Shown piece after piece: positions 24,701-39,400 of a DNA stretch of 64,000 nt. Numbering within the stretch: position 1 is the first letter of the stretch; every line of letters begins with the position of its first letter. The translations under genes were made by a program, and so were the position numbers. The notes under the pieces are model-generated. The model saw only the letters and a list, made by a program, of their open reading frames with translations, did not search any database and was not told the origin of the DNA. The stretch covers positions 67,332,001 to 67,396,000 of the forward strand of contig CM060731.1 in the NCBI GenBank assembly GCA_030704615.1. The letters run 5' to 3'. This stretch comes from Takakia lepidozioides (lineage: Eukaryota > Plantae > Bryophyta).

Positions 24701-27700
24701 ATTTTCTAGCCCTCCCTGTGAACTGAGACCGAAGAAAATTTCTTCTTCAATGCCTATTTAGAGACAGCCAATCCCTCTTCATTGTAGGGATCAGAAATGC
24801 ATGACCGAATATCTACTTGAGGCTCTCCAAATTAGAGAATCTCAAAAAACTGAATCATAATTTCTGGCTGCTTATAGGGGGAACTATTTTTCGCTGGTAT
24901 CCTGCCTTCATTTGTCCCATAAGCTCTTTGAGCCTCCCGTGGACATTGTAAAGTTTCTGTCTTGCTTCCTTTCTTCTTCCATTCATCCTCTAAACATTGC
25001 TGGTCAGGAACTTACCAAATTGGACTATTTGAAAGTTTTGGTAGGAAATCTCTTCTGCAACAGTCTGCTGGTTCCACAGTCCCAGCAGGCTTCCAGGAAA
25101 TAATAAAGTTTCATTCCCTCATTCTTACTTGAGGATTATGGCTAGAAGAGGTTAGGGAGGAGAAAGGGCACCTCTAAGGCTTGGAGTTTGCGAAGGTACC
25201 ATTCTCGCTCGTAGAGCACTCCCAAATGCACTTTGTCCAATGCCACCTCCTCTGCATCTTTTTACTTGTCATCAAGGTTCCCAATGCATGTCCACAAGAA
25301 AACTACCACTGTCTCTGTTTAACATCACATTGGAACCAACACAACAGTCACTTTTTGTATTGCCACCTACGGACGCTAGTAGTCTTGAGCCTATCAGGAT
25401 GTTCCAGCTTTGATTTGCTTGCTGAAGTGCTTATCTGGCGACATTGTTGCACCCATACAAATCATCCCCTTAAATCTTCTCCTAACACTACAGCCCAGGA
25501 GGGAACTGTTAAACTGGCATTGTAGCTTCATTCCATATGGTCACACTTGCAAATCCACAACTCTTTTGACTGAAAGTCAAGACACCTCTTGCATCACTCT
25601 GCATGGGAACAAAAGAATCTTGCTCAGCTTTTAAGTTTGTTTCTTGATATGAACCCCGTAACTTGCAGATCAAGGTTGATACAGATTTGCAGAGACCCCT
25701 TCTCAAGGTCCCCTTGGAAGTAAATGGTTAGTAATGTATCTAGCCAGACAAAGAAACCAGTACACAGAAGTCTGTACAAAAGCAGTAATGTCGTAACCTA
25801 GCATGAAATATTGGTACTACTACCAGACCCAACGTTGCTAGTGTTAGAACACGAACAGAGAAAATAATTTGTTATATTTTGATGGATACGGAATTCCGAG
25901 TGAATTTGAAGGAGGCGACGCAAATGCATGATGGGCTTCTTTAGCAACAACTTGTTCTCACTTCTGCCATTGCACCAGCCAGTTGTGTCAAAGACTGTCA
26001 GCAAAAGCTCACATCACATCAACACAAGTTTGCAATTGTGGATGGGTGTGAGGGAACTCAATGTATTCTTTGACCACTTCCTATGAAAGTCGCTATGGCC
26101 TTGAGGATATAGTCCCCTAGACAGTTGCTATGATGCAGCCTTCGGGGATGGTCTGGGCCAGATAGTAATTCTCCTAACGTTGTGGCACACAAGTTTCAGC
26201 CTGAGACTGTGATGGGAATTATGTGCCCACAACAATCCCACAGATTCAGAGTTGAAGTAAAAATCTGGCATTGAATGTGTCATGAAAGATTAAGTTTTGT
26301 TTATTTGGACTCTTGCCAAAGCAACAGTAAAGTGTGGTGTCCCTTCACCAAGGCCCATACTTTCCATTGGGAAGGTGGACGACGAAGAATACTTCATACG
26401 ACCATGGCTACTGACATCCTACATTCAAACACAGAGAAGCAGAACTTTCATCAACAACACTAATGGGTTAAGGCTTTGGCACTTATACCTATCACTAAGG
26501 GCATCCAGATCGGCAAAGATCTCTCGCAAGTTCTCCCACACATCAGCACTCATGTTAGGGTCGTTCTGTGTCCCGATCTGAAAGGCCTGCCGCTGTGGGT
26601 CATCACCTGTATACCACACATCTTATGTGCTTCAAGATCTGTCCAGCTAGAGGCCAGAATAGTTACGACCACGCCATTGACCACATGTGTTGTGATAGCT
26701 GGGCTCACATAAGAAAGAGAGACAAAAGAAGAAAAGAAAGAAGGAACTTGATGACGACCAGTAGGAGCTCAAGACCTTGAAAAGACACCGATTCGGAAGC
26801 AGCAGGTTGAGATTTGTCTTCATCATGATACCGTGATGATGCATATGCACTGCGGTCCGTGGATGTCATAGTTCCAACGATGCAACCAGGTGTCTACCTA
26901 TAATTCGACACACGAACGTATTGGTGACGAAGGGTTCTCTCTTATGTCGAAACCATACAGCCCAATCGTCAATGCGATGTCCGAAATAGCATACATCTTC
27001 TTCTTACAGGACAACAGAGCAATGAGTTCCGTGCCCGCCTCTGGACCTCAGCAGGATAGATTTGAGCGATGCCTCATTGTTCTTAATTTGTGAGGAAATA
27101 CATTGGACTCTCCTCGCAATCATGCGCAAGCCCCATTCTTGAGCTTTAGCAAGATAGAAGCGAAGCCCAAGATTTGAACATTGTCGTTTGATTCTTTATT
27201 CGTCAACGAATACTTTTCACAAAACTTTACCAATTTGCTGCATCAATTATGCATTCCAACCAGGAAAGACGATAGGGCCTCTTCCTTTCAACGATCAAGA
27301 TGCCAAACTACTTGCCCCATCCACTCTCACCTTCACGTTTCAGGAGTCCAAATTACTTCGACTGTTGCATAGCTGAACAGTAGATACACAGCTAGTCCTC
27401 TCTTCAGATCACGTTCTAACTAACTGTCGCTCTCCATATCCTCCTTCAATTCCTTGACCAAGAAGATGAAATGCATGATCACCTCCATTTGAATGAATGC
27501 CAAATAATACACCCCATGCTGCATGGAATCTCCCTCCCGTTTTCGTGAAGCATACACAATGTATAGGTGCTACACCTCAATAAGCAGAGCGATATGACGT
27601 GATTGTTTTTGGTAGAATCCGGTGCTACAATGCCGACTGCCCACCTAATCCCTAAAACTGAAGAAGATTTCATAGCTACCTAAATTTTAGGGCTTTCGCG

Positions 27701-30286
27701 AAAAATCTTATACCATGTTTCTTTCAAAGCTTTGTCCGAGAATATATTTCTCTGAAGTTGTTGTCCATTTGGGCGGGAGAGATCCTTGGTACTTTGTAAT
27801 TGCATAACTTCAATGCCAGATACAGCTCCCATTATCCTGCTTATGCTTTGTTTGCTCTTTACATGTTCAGTGGCAGCTTGCATTGACATAGATCTGATGA
27901 CCCTTCGTGTCAATGGTGATTTCACATACTCACTCATCTTCGCGGCCTGTTCCCAGATTGTGGCTTGGCAATTGACAACTGCATGATCACAAACAGTGAA
28001 CTCGTTGTAGGCAAGCACATGGTGAAGTCTGAAATCTGCCAGACCAAACCTCCCAGCGTGGAACACAACGTCCAATATTCAGGTGGGCCAGCAGCAGGAG
28101 CCTCCAGGACTTGCTCATGGCTACAGTGGATATACGCCACACTTTGTTGATGTTCTTTCAAACCCCAAAATCCATAGGATCCCAAGAATCCTATCCCTGG
28201 AATTCAGCGCAAAGGCCGAGGCTTAAGTTATACAAGCTAACTCCTCCATGTATATAATCAGAAAGGGCTAGAGGATCACTTGGAAGAATTCTCATGTAGC
28301 AGCCCGCTGACAGATTTATGGCCAAAGTTCCTGCAAATCTGAAAGCTAAATGCTCAGCCAAATTGTTGACAAAGTAAGTTAGCCCAGCGGAGCTAGATTG
28401 GGTGATGCTCCTTGCTTTCCAACGGCCCAACAATCCAGGATTTAAATTACTATTGAAGTGGGTTGAGCGGTCTTGTTTTCGTTTCCCCATTTCTAGACTA
28501 CCAAAAATCTGATAGACTCTGTCTTCACCAATCCACAGAAACGTGCAGTGGAACTGTAGATAGATCGAGGATATCAATCAGCAGCATTGAATACCATCAG
28601 ATCTTGTTCAAGTACAAGTTTATCAAGTCGGGAATCAACAGTCCCTCATGAAGAGTGAAAGCCACTAATGAATCCGCTAACCTAGAGCCGATAAGTGTCC
28701 AGCGAATGAAGTAGTTAGAGACTGCGTCAGCGTTGCCAGCCCTGCACACACGTTGCTTTGCAAGCCACGACCTCAGCAATTGCGCACTTACTCGCGGCCT
28801 ATTCCTGTCCCAGTCTGACAATGTGTGGGTCACCCAACTCCTTTACAGTCGGATGATGTTGATGGATTAGTTGGCCGTCCCTGGCGGGCTAAAGAGGGCT
28901 TTATTTAGTGAGAGAAACATTATGAATGATGCACTCAAAGCACATCACCAAGTACTTCTGTGATCGTGGATCGTGTCCTACATCTCCAAGCTCCTCCTCT
29001 TTCATGGAGGTTTCTTTCCCAGACCTTTCATCATTTATCAGCTCTACTTATTTGCGCAGGTACTACAGGTTACAGCTCGACCACATACGAGGTATGTAGT
29101 TTTGGTTTTTTTTGTCTTTTCTGTTTAATCAACGTAACTGTTTCTTGCAAATTTCAACAACCAAGATGATGCTGTTTGGTTATCAACTGCCCAATTCAGG
29201 GCCCGCCCCTGGAGCAATTTGGCTTCGAAATCATGTAGGAAAGGCTGATAAACTTGCATAGAAGCCAGCAGCTAAGACATGGGTTGTCCTCATAGGACTT
29301 TCTGAATGATGTTATGAATCACTCTGCATATCTCGTCATCAAGTCCCTTTCTACTGAACACTTTGACGGTTTTCGGTACTTCCTTGCTCACCATATCACA
29401 CACATGTCACTGAATCCATCACTGCCACCCAGAAAAAATAAACCTGGAGTGTGCGCTTCCCCTCCCTCTTTGAAATTCTAACATGAAATCCAGAAGGAAC
29501 CTTTCTTTCTTTGACAGAGGGAAAGGGGGAAACACCCTAGATCAACCTTGGGGTGTTTGATCCTGGGGTACTTCTCCCCCTTTTAGCACCAGGAAAAAAT
29601 GCCATTAAAAACGATCATAAACACAAGGACTTGCAAATTGTGCCTCTCATGACTTGTCACAAGTAAGAATTTCCATGTGCAAGCAGGGAAGTGCATGCAT
29701 TAATTTCTTCCACAATGATACAAGGATGTGAGCTCTCTCTTTATCTCTACACACACATCAGCTGCAAACTCACACAAACAAATTTATAAAGAGGATTGAA
29801 TTGAATCCCTGAGAGGCAAAATAGTTTACATCCTTCCCACTTGTAGCCAGATTAAGGACAATGTCTTAAGGAGGAGAGATTCTGAACACCGCCACAAAAG
29901 CCTCCAACATCCCTTGCCGACACACCTCTCCTTGGTGGTAAAGGGTACACAATAGAGTTTGTCTTCCCTCACTTTCTCTCTATAATGATTGACAAAACAG
30001 CTTGAGGTTATAACACAACACAGCAGGCATACTAATGTTGCCAAAGTGCAGTACAAATCCTCGTGGAAAGCAGTTCAAAGCCTCCAACACCCCTATGTGA
30101 TATACCTCTCTAGTGAAGGTACCGTTGCTGTGTAAGACCGATGAAGAAGACAGCTACAACAAACCGAACCTGATTCTTATTTCTTGGGGGATACAAACAT
30201 GGATGGATGGCTGATGAGGGTAGACAAGGACAGACCATAAGCAACTGATGCCTGGAATAATGCTAACTAATGGAGGTTGGGACAGT

Positions 30287-33200
30287 TTAGCGGCCATCAG
30301 AGGAAGTGAAGGATTCCGCAAAGCCAGAAGGCCGAGTGGGAAGACTTGCCTTGGTGTCATCCAGGCCCCCAGACATAGAAGAATCCTCAAAGGCCTGCCA
30401 TTGCTTCAGCGCCTGTGGGAGAGTGAGCTCCAAATCTACTCCCCCACTGCCCTCTCCGTCGAAGTCCACAGGTTTCCACATCTCAACAAGGGGTGCCAGG
30501 ACATTGACGGCATGGCCCATATCTGGACGCTGATAAGGCTCCCGAGCGGTGCAGTGACCGGCCAGCTCAGCCACCGTGCAAATGCTGCGGAACGATTCAT
30601 CAGTGACCTTTATTGCTGGATCAATAGCTGCAATGAAGCTCTCCTTGTTGGAGTTCATTCGCCTGAACCAGGTCACAAGATGCATGTTCTCTTCTGCTTG
30701 AGTTTCATCCAATGCCCGGCGTCCTGTCATCAGCTCCATCAACACGACACCAAAGCTGAACACGTCTGCTTTTGTAGTTACACGCCCGGTGACTGTCAAA
30801 AGGGAAAACACGGAAACATGTGTAGAGTAAGAACAGCAACCATGATTGTGCATGCCAACAGCATACATAATCTAGCACACTGCTTGCCACCAAGTCACCC
30901 TGCAAACTATGTATGGAGATATACATAGCCACCAAAGTAAAGGCCCATGCAGAGGTGGACTCACCACTACAGACACTAACACTCCGAAAGAACAATGTGT
31001 GATGAAACATATACGAAATATCTTTGACTCGAATACTTACCAGCATATTCTGGAGCCAAATATCCAAATGTGCCTGCCAACCTAGTCTCCACAGAGAACT
31101 TGCCATCAGGTGCCAGCTTCACGAGCCCAAAGTCTGACACCTTTGCTCGGAAGTCGTCACTCAACAAGATGTTGGAAGGCTTCAGATCTCGATGGATGAA
31201 GCTCTTGTGTGCAAGACTATGGAGATACTCCATTCCACGTGCCACATCAAGTGCAATAGATAACCTTGTTGTCCAACCAAGTGGCTTGATACTTAGGGTC
31301 TTGTACTCGAACAAGTGCTGGCTGAGAGTACCCTGGGGCATGTACTCATAAACAAGAAGTCGTTCATTTCCATCAGCACAGTAGCCTAGGAGGCCAACCA
31401 GATGTCTGTGCCGCACTTTAGTCAACACTGCGATCTCGGCTTGGAATTCACTCAAGCCTTTGCTACTAACAACAGCCGCCTCCATCCTCTTAACAGCGAT
31501 CGTAGTGCCATCTTCGAGCTCACCTTTATAGACAACCCCAAAGCCCCCTCGTCCCAACACATTCTCGTTGGAGAAATTGTTGGTCACACTTCGCAACACC
31601 TGGATGGAAATGAGAAGATTGCCAGCTTCCACCACCTAGATCATCGATACAATGCACAATCAGGCCATCTATGAAAAACATTAGGGACAAAGTTGGCCAA
31701 GGCCATATGCTCCCTACATTACTTTGACAGTGGAGATTCACAATCAGTCAGTAGGAAAGCAAGGAGGGAAAACATCAATAACAGGCATGCTCCCCTCTAA
31801 TGCTCTGCAAATGTTGTCGATGGAAGGGCCTACCCATACCTGAACTTCACCCGACCCACTGCTGTGTCTGCTTTGCTCCTCGCTCATACTATTCCCATTT
31901 TGATTTACAATAATCTTCACAACCTCTGGCTCGGAACCAGAGTCCCGTGGATGCACAAGAACTGTATTTGGGTTCTGCAATCGCAAGAGCCTCCCTCGTT
32001 TCTTCTTCAACACACAGAACACCACAATCGCAGCAAGAAGGGCTACTCCCACTGCTCCCAGTACCGCTCCCACAACAGGAGCAGCACCGACGGAGGACGT
32101 TTTTGGATGGGATAGAGCTGTCCCATTGGCCGGACTTCCAGCACTAGTGGGGCTACCACTACCACTTCCAGCATTGCTTGGGCTCCCAGCACTCCCTGGA
32201 CTGCCAACACTTCCAGGGCTGCCTGAGCTGCCAGGAGTACTTGAAGGCGCAGATCCAACAGGAGAGCCTGGGGTGGTTGGGGTAGGTGTAGGTGAACCTC
32301 CTGTTGAAGGAGCCGGAACAGGGGCCAACGTACCCAAGAAACTATTCCCCGTGGACACAAGCACTCCGGCTGGAAACAGTGGGATCGGCCCCGTGAGGTT
32401 ATTGTTGCTTACATCCAGTTGCGTCAACTGCTTCAGAGTCGTCAGCGAGTTGGGGAGCACTCCCGTTAGGTTGTTGTCCTTCAAATTCACACCTTTCAGT
32501 GCTGTCAAGTTCCCCAGAGATGGAGATATGGTTCCAATCAAAGAGCTTGAAGGGAGAGAGATTGAAGTGATTGCACCTGTGGTATCGCAAGAGACGCCAG
32601 TCCACCCCGGAGAGGCAGTGCAAGGATCGGACCCAATCCACGATGACGCAACAGTCTCGGGATAGCCAGCAGCCTCGAGAAAATCCAGCAAGTAATTGAC
32701 ATTACTAGAACACGCTGCGCCTGGATTACCACAGAATGTATTCTGATCGAATGTTGCAGCACCTTTTGCAAATTGCGGTATCTCACCATCAAAATGATTG
32801 TTTTGCAAAGACACGTCCGTCAGTGGCAAATGCGCAAGACCAGATGGGAGACGACCTACCATCTGGTTGTCATTGAGACGCAGGCTTTGAAGACCCACTG
32901 AAGAGGCAAGCCCTGGAGGTATGGGACCTGTAAACGAGTTCACCTGCAGCCATAGTTGTTGTAAAGAATGCATCCCTCCCACTGGAGATATAGGACCGCT
33001 CAGCCCAATATTATTGAGCTGCAACACTTCCAGATTTGAGCTACTAAATGAGGATGGAATGCCACCGGTGAAATGGTTGTAGGCTGCAAGAAAAACTTTC
33101 AAAGTTGGCATGTTTCCCAAGAATGCGGGTATCGGTCCAGCTAAATTTGCCGTTGTGACAGACAGATTCTGCAGCTGGGTCGATAGAGCGAGGTCAGAAG

Positions 33201-33690
33201 GTATGGTCCAGCCGGATGTCCCGTTGAGATCAGGATTGTACCCGAGATAAAGGTGTTGGAGGCTTGTCAATCCCTTGAAAAAATCTGATGGGATTGATGT
33301 GAATTGATTGTCGTCCAGGTAGGCATACACAAGAGAGCTCAGGCCGGCAAGAGTTGGCATCGCGCCTGTGAAATTGTTGAAGTTCAACTCCAACTTTGTC
33401 AGAGATGTCAGCTGGTTAAGGTCTGGTGTGATGGTCCCGCCCAAATTGGCAGCTCGGAGCCGTACTCCTACCACATTGCCATTGTTGCCATCACACTGAA
33501 TCTGAGTCCAGGCGCATGGGTTGTTCCCTGTCCATCCCAGACTAGCACCGTTTGTAAATCCTTTCTGCAGGTTCTGCAACACTCGAAGATCTGTAGCTTG
33601 ATCGGCTCCAACTGCTGTAGCCCACAGAACAATCAACACCAACCCGAGTCCCAGAGCCAGCCTGGTCGTACCACAGCTCCTCTTCATCAT
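30287..33690 (-). CDS. TMK1: TMK-type (LRR-IX) leucine-rich repeat receptor-like kinase; exons 33690-31840, 31635-31041, 30792-30287
   Basis: Signal peptide, then LRRs interrupted by the Cys-containing non-LRR island ([10 protein letters not shown]...WIGSDPC...WTGVSC), Ser/Pro/Gly stalk and TM helix. Kinase motifs [66 protein letters not shown]|VTGRV and the TMK C-terminus [15 protein letters not shown]. Both introns are GT-AG and keep the frame. The symbol denotes family, not proven orthology. Confidence 0.95.
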
Positions 33691-35940
33691 CCTCCCCTCT
33701 TTGCTTCCAGAATCTGCTTCACTCAACCTCACACACACTCTCCAACTCTAATTCCGCTTTACCAACTACCTCTATTCTAACATTCCACGCGTGAGATGTA
33801 TTATCCCAACAAATTTCCTCTCCTTCCATTCAACCCCGAGGCCTCCCGGCCTCCATCACCGAAAGGAACACCAGCAAACATTACCTCCCTCCTCTCCACC
33901 TTTTACCTATGGAAACACCTCACCGTCACAGGATCCTTCAGCCCCGTCTAAGGGCTGGCCAGCGAGCGAGAATGCGAGCTTGTAACATCCGGAAAAAATA
34001 AATCCAGCACTACAATTCCAACGAACTCCACAAAATCCAACTCTGCAGCCTTCAAAACTCCAACCATCGCCTGCAATCTGCACTAACCAATCCTGGTGGG
34101 ACCAAACAAGATCCCAGGCAACTAAGTACACATCCTATCACACCAAGGCCACACTCTACCGAGTCCCCGGAGATTCACAGACCATCACCACAGTATCCCA
34201 CCTCTGGGAGCCCGGAGGCCACCAAACAAGCGCCTTGCTGAGCGCATTGAAGAAGAATCCATCCTCTCTCCCTCCCTCTCCCCCCCTCTCCCTCCCTCTC
34301 TCTCTCGGAAGAAGGGGGCAACGCGGGAGACGAGACAGACAGACAGACACAAACAGACAGGCCCGGCCAGACCGCGGGCGGGCGCCACCACCCGTGCCAC
34401 CTGCCCAGCCGGTCTCCGCACGCTGGCAAAGATTCCACCAATCGCCGCATTTCGCCATCGCCTACCCGACGCCTACCTCACTTTTTCCTCGCCGTCCCTA
34501 ACAGATTTTCTAGCTCTAATTTATTCACATAAAAACATAAATTACGACACGTGCTCTCCCTCCACAAACGCAAACGAGAAGAAAATATTTAAATACGTGA
34601 GAAACAAGAAAATGAAATAGGATAAATAGATACAGCGGAGTAGGGCGTGCCAGGGCAGCACATGGCCGCCACCTGCGTGCGGCGGCGATAGTGCAGGACC
34701 AGCTATCGCCAGCTGTTGAGCTGCCGTGGCTAGTCCAGACCGCGCCAGGCGAAACTGTGGCTAAACTGGCGGAGACGGGCTACCGGTTAAATCTGGCGGC
34801 CATTGAATGCAGTCGCTGCGACCCCACCACGACGCGGCGCGCTTTTGTCCCGGTTCACACGTGCGACCTCACTCCCAAGTACATTCATCCGTCCATGCAC
34901 CGACTCCGTCTTACCCTACCCACCCTCAGTTATCCTATCCTAACCGACTTTGTTGGATGCAGTTTATTCGTAATAATACAAGAATAACTGTTTAAAAAAT
35001 AATAATATATGAGTTTAAGTTTTTCCCTCCCAACAGTGAGAATCATGGTCGGACTCTTCCCAAAAAACATAAAAAGTAAAACTTTGAATTTATTCAGAAA
35101 ATATATATATATTTTAAAATATTATCGCTAGGATAAATGAGAGGAAAAACTCCTAAATTAGCCTTTTTCAGGTCCCACTAGTGACCGAACTGAAGTCAAA
35201 GCGGGCAGCTTGCCCGGAAAATATGACAACCCTACCCATGGCTCAGTAATCAATACACCTCACCAACCTAGGACCAAAACTTAGGTAGTCCAATATATAT
35301 ATATATATATAGTTATATTATTACAGCTGTGCACATTAGTGAATCGTTTTAAAATTTGAATATACATTTTTTTATTTAATTGTTTTTATTAAAAATAAAT
35401 ATTAGCGAGGGGCCTATTTATTTAGCAAAGCCTGCATAGTCGTTGCATATACAATGGTCCGTGGGTTGGCGCCAGCTCATACTCTTCGTATATTAGACCG
35501 CCAGCCAGCACGATGATTATTCCATACGGTTTCACGGATAGAGCCGGTGTATCATCCTTTTTGGACGATTATCATCCATAGTCTCTGACATCGGGGCACA
35601 TATCACATGTCACCCGCCCAGATTTTCGGCGGCCCCTCGCCAGAGCCGCCAAGTCTGACAGGTGTCGGTCGTTGGTGCTTGGGTAACGGTGGCAGGTCTA
35701 GTTAATGCGCAGGAGGCCAAGGATGGACGACGTCCATCCGCCCCTCTGGAAGCGGATGACAAGCCTGTAGGAAGAGACAAAGTGTAATGGATGATCATCC
35801 AGCCGCGTTCAAACGTGCGCTGTGTTTACGCCCGCCACCTCCCCCCCATTTTTTTTTTTCCTTAAGATTTTAGAACACGTACTAATTTCCTAATATTAGA
35901 TTCCTGAAATTCGGGTCATATATATATATTTTTCATTCTT

Positions 35941-36420
35941 TGTTGTTTCCGTCCCAACTGTCAAGTTTGCCAGATGGACCACACCTGTCACCGTCTCAGG
36001 TAAGTATCTTGCCGGGAAATAACCCATTTAAACAAATGTGGAAAATCACATTTGAATTCTATAGATAAGGGGAAAAAATAAAAATCCCTGAGAACCCTGA
36101 AGCATACACACTGCAAGCGGCGAGGCAATAAAATGAAAAGAATACATAATAATAATACAATAATATAATTAATAAATCTACGAAATCTGGAGAAATAGAT
36201 TGAATATCACATTATACAGATGCCATATATATTTCTTATATTCTATTTTTCTGCTTGCTGTTTCCGACCCAACTGTCAAGTTCGAGGTGACCTGTTGGAC
36301 AACACCTGTCACGTTTCAGGTAAATATCTGCCGGAAAAAGCGAATACCTTCCCAATCTTTATTTTATTTTATTTTTATTTTAAAAGAGAACAGGGGACAG
36401 AGGCCCTGAGAACCCCAATC
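35941..36420 (+). repeat. Diverged direct repeat (~310-bp period) upstream of the TMK gene
   Basis: TGTTTCCG.CCCAACTGTCAAGTT...CACCTGTCAC...CAGGTAA.TATCT.GCCGG at ~35944 and ~36259; CCCTGAGAACCC at ~36086 and ~36404. Confidence 0.65.
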
Positions 36421-39400
36421 TCCAAACCATAAGAATAAAACCCCAGGATAAATAAAATAATAAAACAACTGGAAAAAAAGCATTAAAAAAAAGTCTCCAA
36501 AAACAAAAAGAGAAAAAAGAAGAAGAAGAATATCACATTATGCAGAATTGCAACCGAACATGCGGGACTCATTGTGGGTTGCATTCAATGAGGTGAGAAA
36601 AATAGGGTTTGTGGTAAAGAGAGGGCAATGAATAAACTTGAAGGCAATCACTGTTGAAGTTAGATGCAGTGAGTCGATAGCATGTAATGAATCTGGGCAT
36701 GTACTGCTGTAACTCAAAGCACTACACGGTATTGCCATTGATGCAGCAAGGGCACTAATGATAGAATACCCACCTCAATTCCCCCCCTCCCCGCTTGTGA
36801 CCACAATAACTGTACAGTCAATTCCTCTAGAATCATATCATGTCTAGAAAGGTGATTGCTAGATCTCATGGAGTCCTTGATCAGGCTGGGCCCCGGGGTT
36901 GTTCAGTGAACAAGAAGGCAAGGCTAGTCTTGATTAGGGAATGTGGTAGACATGGCTGTGTGTGCACAGTTAAAGTTTGTGGATGTGTATGTACAGAGGT
37001 TTCAGGATAATAACAGCATACTTACTCATAAGCAAGTCCACTAATAAGCAAGTCCGTGAGAGTATGATGGCCCTGCTCATATATATATCACGGGGGAGTT
37101 ATTGCCCGGGTTGCTGATTTGTAGGAGGTGAGGATTGCGCTGGAGCAGTCGTGTCTTGATAACAGCAGCTTTTGAAGCCTGAAACTGGAGGGGATTATCA
37201 TCATGGAACTTGGAAGTAATGGAGGTGTGAAGAATCCCTGCCTCATCGGACTCGCAGGTGCAGGTAGTTTCCCATTCTGGGTTTGCAAGTCAGCTACAAG
37301 GGTGGTTGGAACGAGAGAGGTGGTGGTGGTGGCGAGCGGATCTTTCTAGCAAGGCAATGCTTCTAAAAGTGGTTGCGTTAGTCATGTATTGTGAAGTACT
37401 TAACTACCCAGTGATTTAACTTGTGCTAACGTTGGAAAGCTCTAGCAGCTTACCTGTATGAAGCACTCCGTTTTCCCCCGGTACAGTATTGTTTGGGGTT
37501 TGATCTGTTCGCCGTGGTTCTGCTGCACGTAGTTTTCCTTCATCGCAGGGGCTGCCGTGGATGTGATTAACTTCATCACCTGTGAGCAATGATCTGGAGG
37601 CCTCTTCCAGCTGTGGTTACATGTATTAGCCAGTGCCATCGTCTAGCCGTGGTCAATGGGATCATCCAGAAGTGGGGCTTCTCAAGTTCTCACTTGACAC
37701 AGGGAGAGCAAGTGAATTAGGATAGTGTGCAGGTTCATGATACATTTTCAAAGTCCTGCCAGATCTCTCTTGCGCACCGACATAATTTGAGCCTTGGGAG
37801 CTAAACATATGTTGTCCATTTTTCCGCCTGAGCCAGAGTGCTTGTATAGAGCTCCGTACACCATGACAAAGAGCTGATAAAGGTCTGGTCAAGAGCCATT
37901 GATGATAAAAACAAATATCAAAGGAGCCTCCTTGTCATATGGCGAACGAGCCCCATACCTCAACCTTCCATAGCCTTTGCAAAGGCAACGTGAAAATATG
38001 AGCTTCTTTGTCTTCCATTACGGTGCGGAAGGCAGCCACACTTCTATATCTCCACATATTTGTGTAACGTAATTACTCACATGACTTCAAGGCAAAGGTA
38101 CGGTGGTGCTCGACGATGTTGTGGTCCTTGTATAGCACGAGAAATCTTCTGGATGGAGCTCCCCGATCTCCGACCCAGCTTGTGGCACAGAACTACAGCT
38201 TTTTCACCCTGAGCAGCCCGTGTGTTGTCAAGGGGCCATTGGGCACCACCACGCTTACCTATCTAGCAAGCGGATGTTTGGAGATCCTTGATATTCATGC
38301 AGACAGGAAAATGAGTCCAGTTTTTGCATAACATGATGAGCCCCTTGGGGGCCAGCTCATAAACCACACGCTGCTACAAAGCATCAACCTTGCTCGCTTC
38401 TTTGCTCCCCTACATGCTCATGACAATACTAAGAAATGCACATGGTACAAAATTGGCTGCAATTTCCTGATATCTTGCAGGGTAATGACTTATGCAGTGA
38501 CACAACACTCATGCTTAGATAACCCAAAATGCAAGCCGGTAGTGCAGGTCCTGAAAAACAAAAGCTCCTGGATATGGTGGAATTGGATGATCATCTCTGC
38601 ATTTCAACAAGAGTCAGTTGGTGCAATGTGATCCTTGCCAGATGCATGATGCAGAACAAGCATAGTTGTTGCCTTTGTGTGAGAGAAACATTGATCATTT
38701 GTAAGTTCATTGTTCAAGCTGAAGTCTCCTCTACTTAGACTTGGCAAACTCAGAACCTCTTTGTACCAATACAACCTGGACCCTTTCTGTCCTGTGCAAA
38801 TCATTGGGCAGGAAGCACTCAATGCTCTAAGAGCGATGGAGCAAGTGTCTGGAAAACCTGCCTTCTTGTGAGCTGAATCACCTCTGCTCTCATCCTATTG
38901 TATATTTGCATTTGTCAGCAAAACTGTTGAACTACTTTTTGAAGGCCAAATATGTGGTAGTAGCCTCATCACTGGCGCATACCTGTGATAATGTTTCTAG
39001 ATCACTTGGATACAGGTCCTCATATCTCAGTCAGTCTACATGTGCACCAAATCAACTTAAAAAAGCATTACATAAGGAATTTGATACACAGAATTATGTC
39101 TACATGCATAGATAGCCTTCAGCTCCTCTTTCAAGAGACTGCTGCTGCCATGGTTTTCTTGAGAGAGGGAGAGAGAAGACTCCTGCCGAAGCTGCCGAAA
39201 ATAAGAGCTGCTTCCCCTGCCAGCAGTGTACTGCTTCCCTGTTGGGGGTGGGCTCGGTTCTCTTAACAAAACTTCATTAGGAGCTAAACCTTTGCAAGAT
39301 TGAGGAGCCTTGCACACTACTGGCAAGGTTTGTGCTGCCATCGTGGTTGCGGGGGGTAAGGGCAGGCCATATACGCCCATGAGATGATTAGCATTGTCTT

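Noticed and set aside
30248-33780. Plus-strand ORFs of up to 226 aa over the TMK gene
   Set aside because: Antisense shadows of a real coding sequence, with no independent motifs.
38000-38100. Possible kinase remnant (NVLLxHDFKAKV-like)
   Set aside because: Needs two frameshifts within a few codons and lacks HRD and DFG context; too weak to call.
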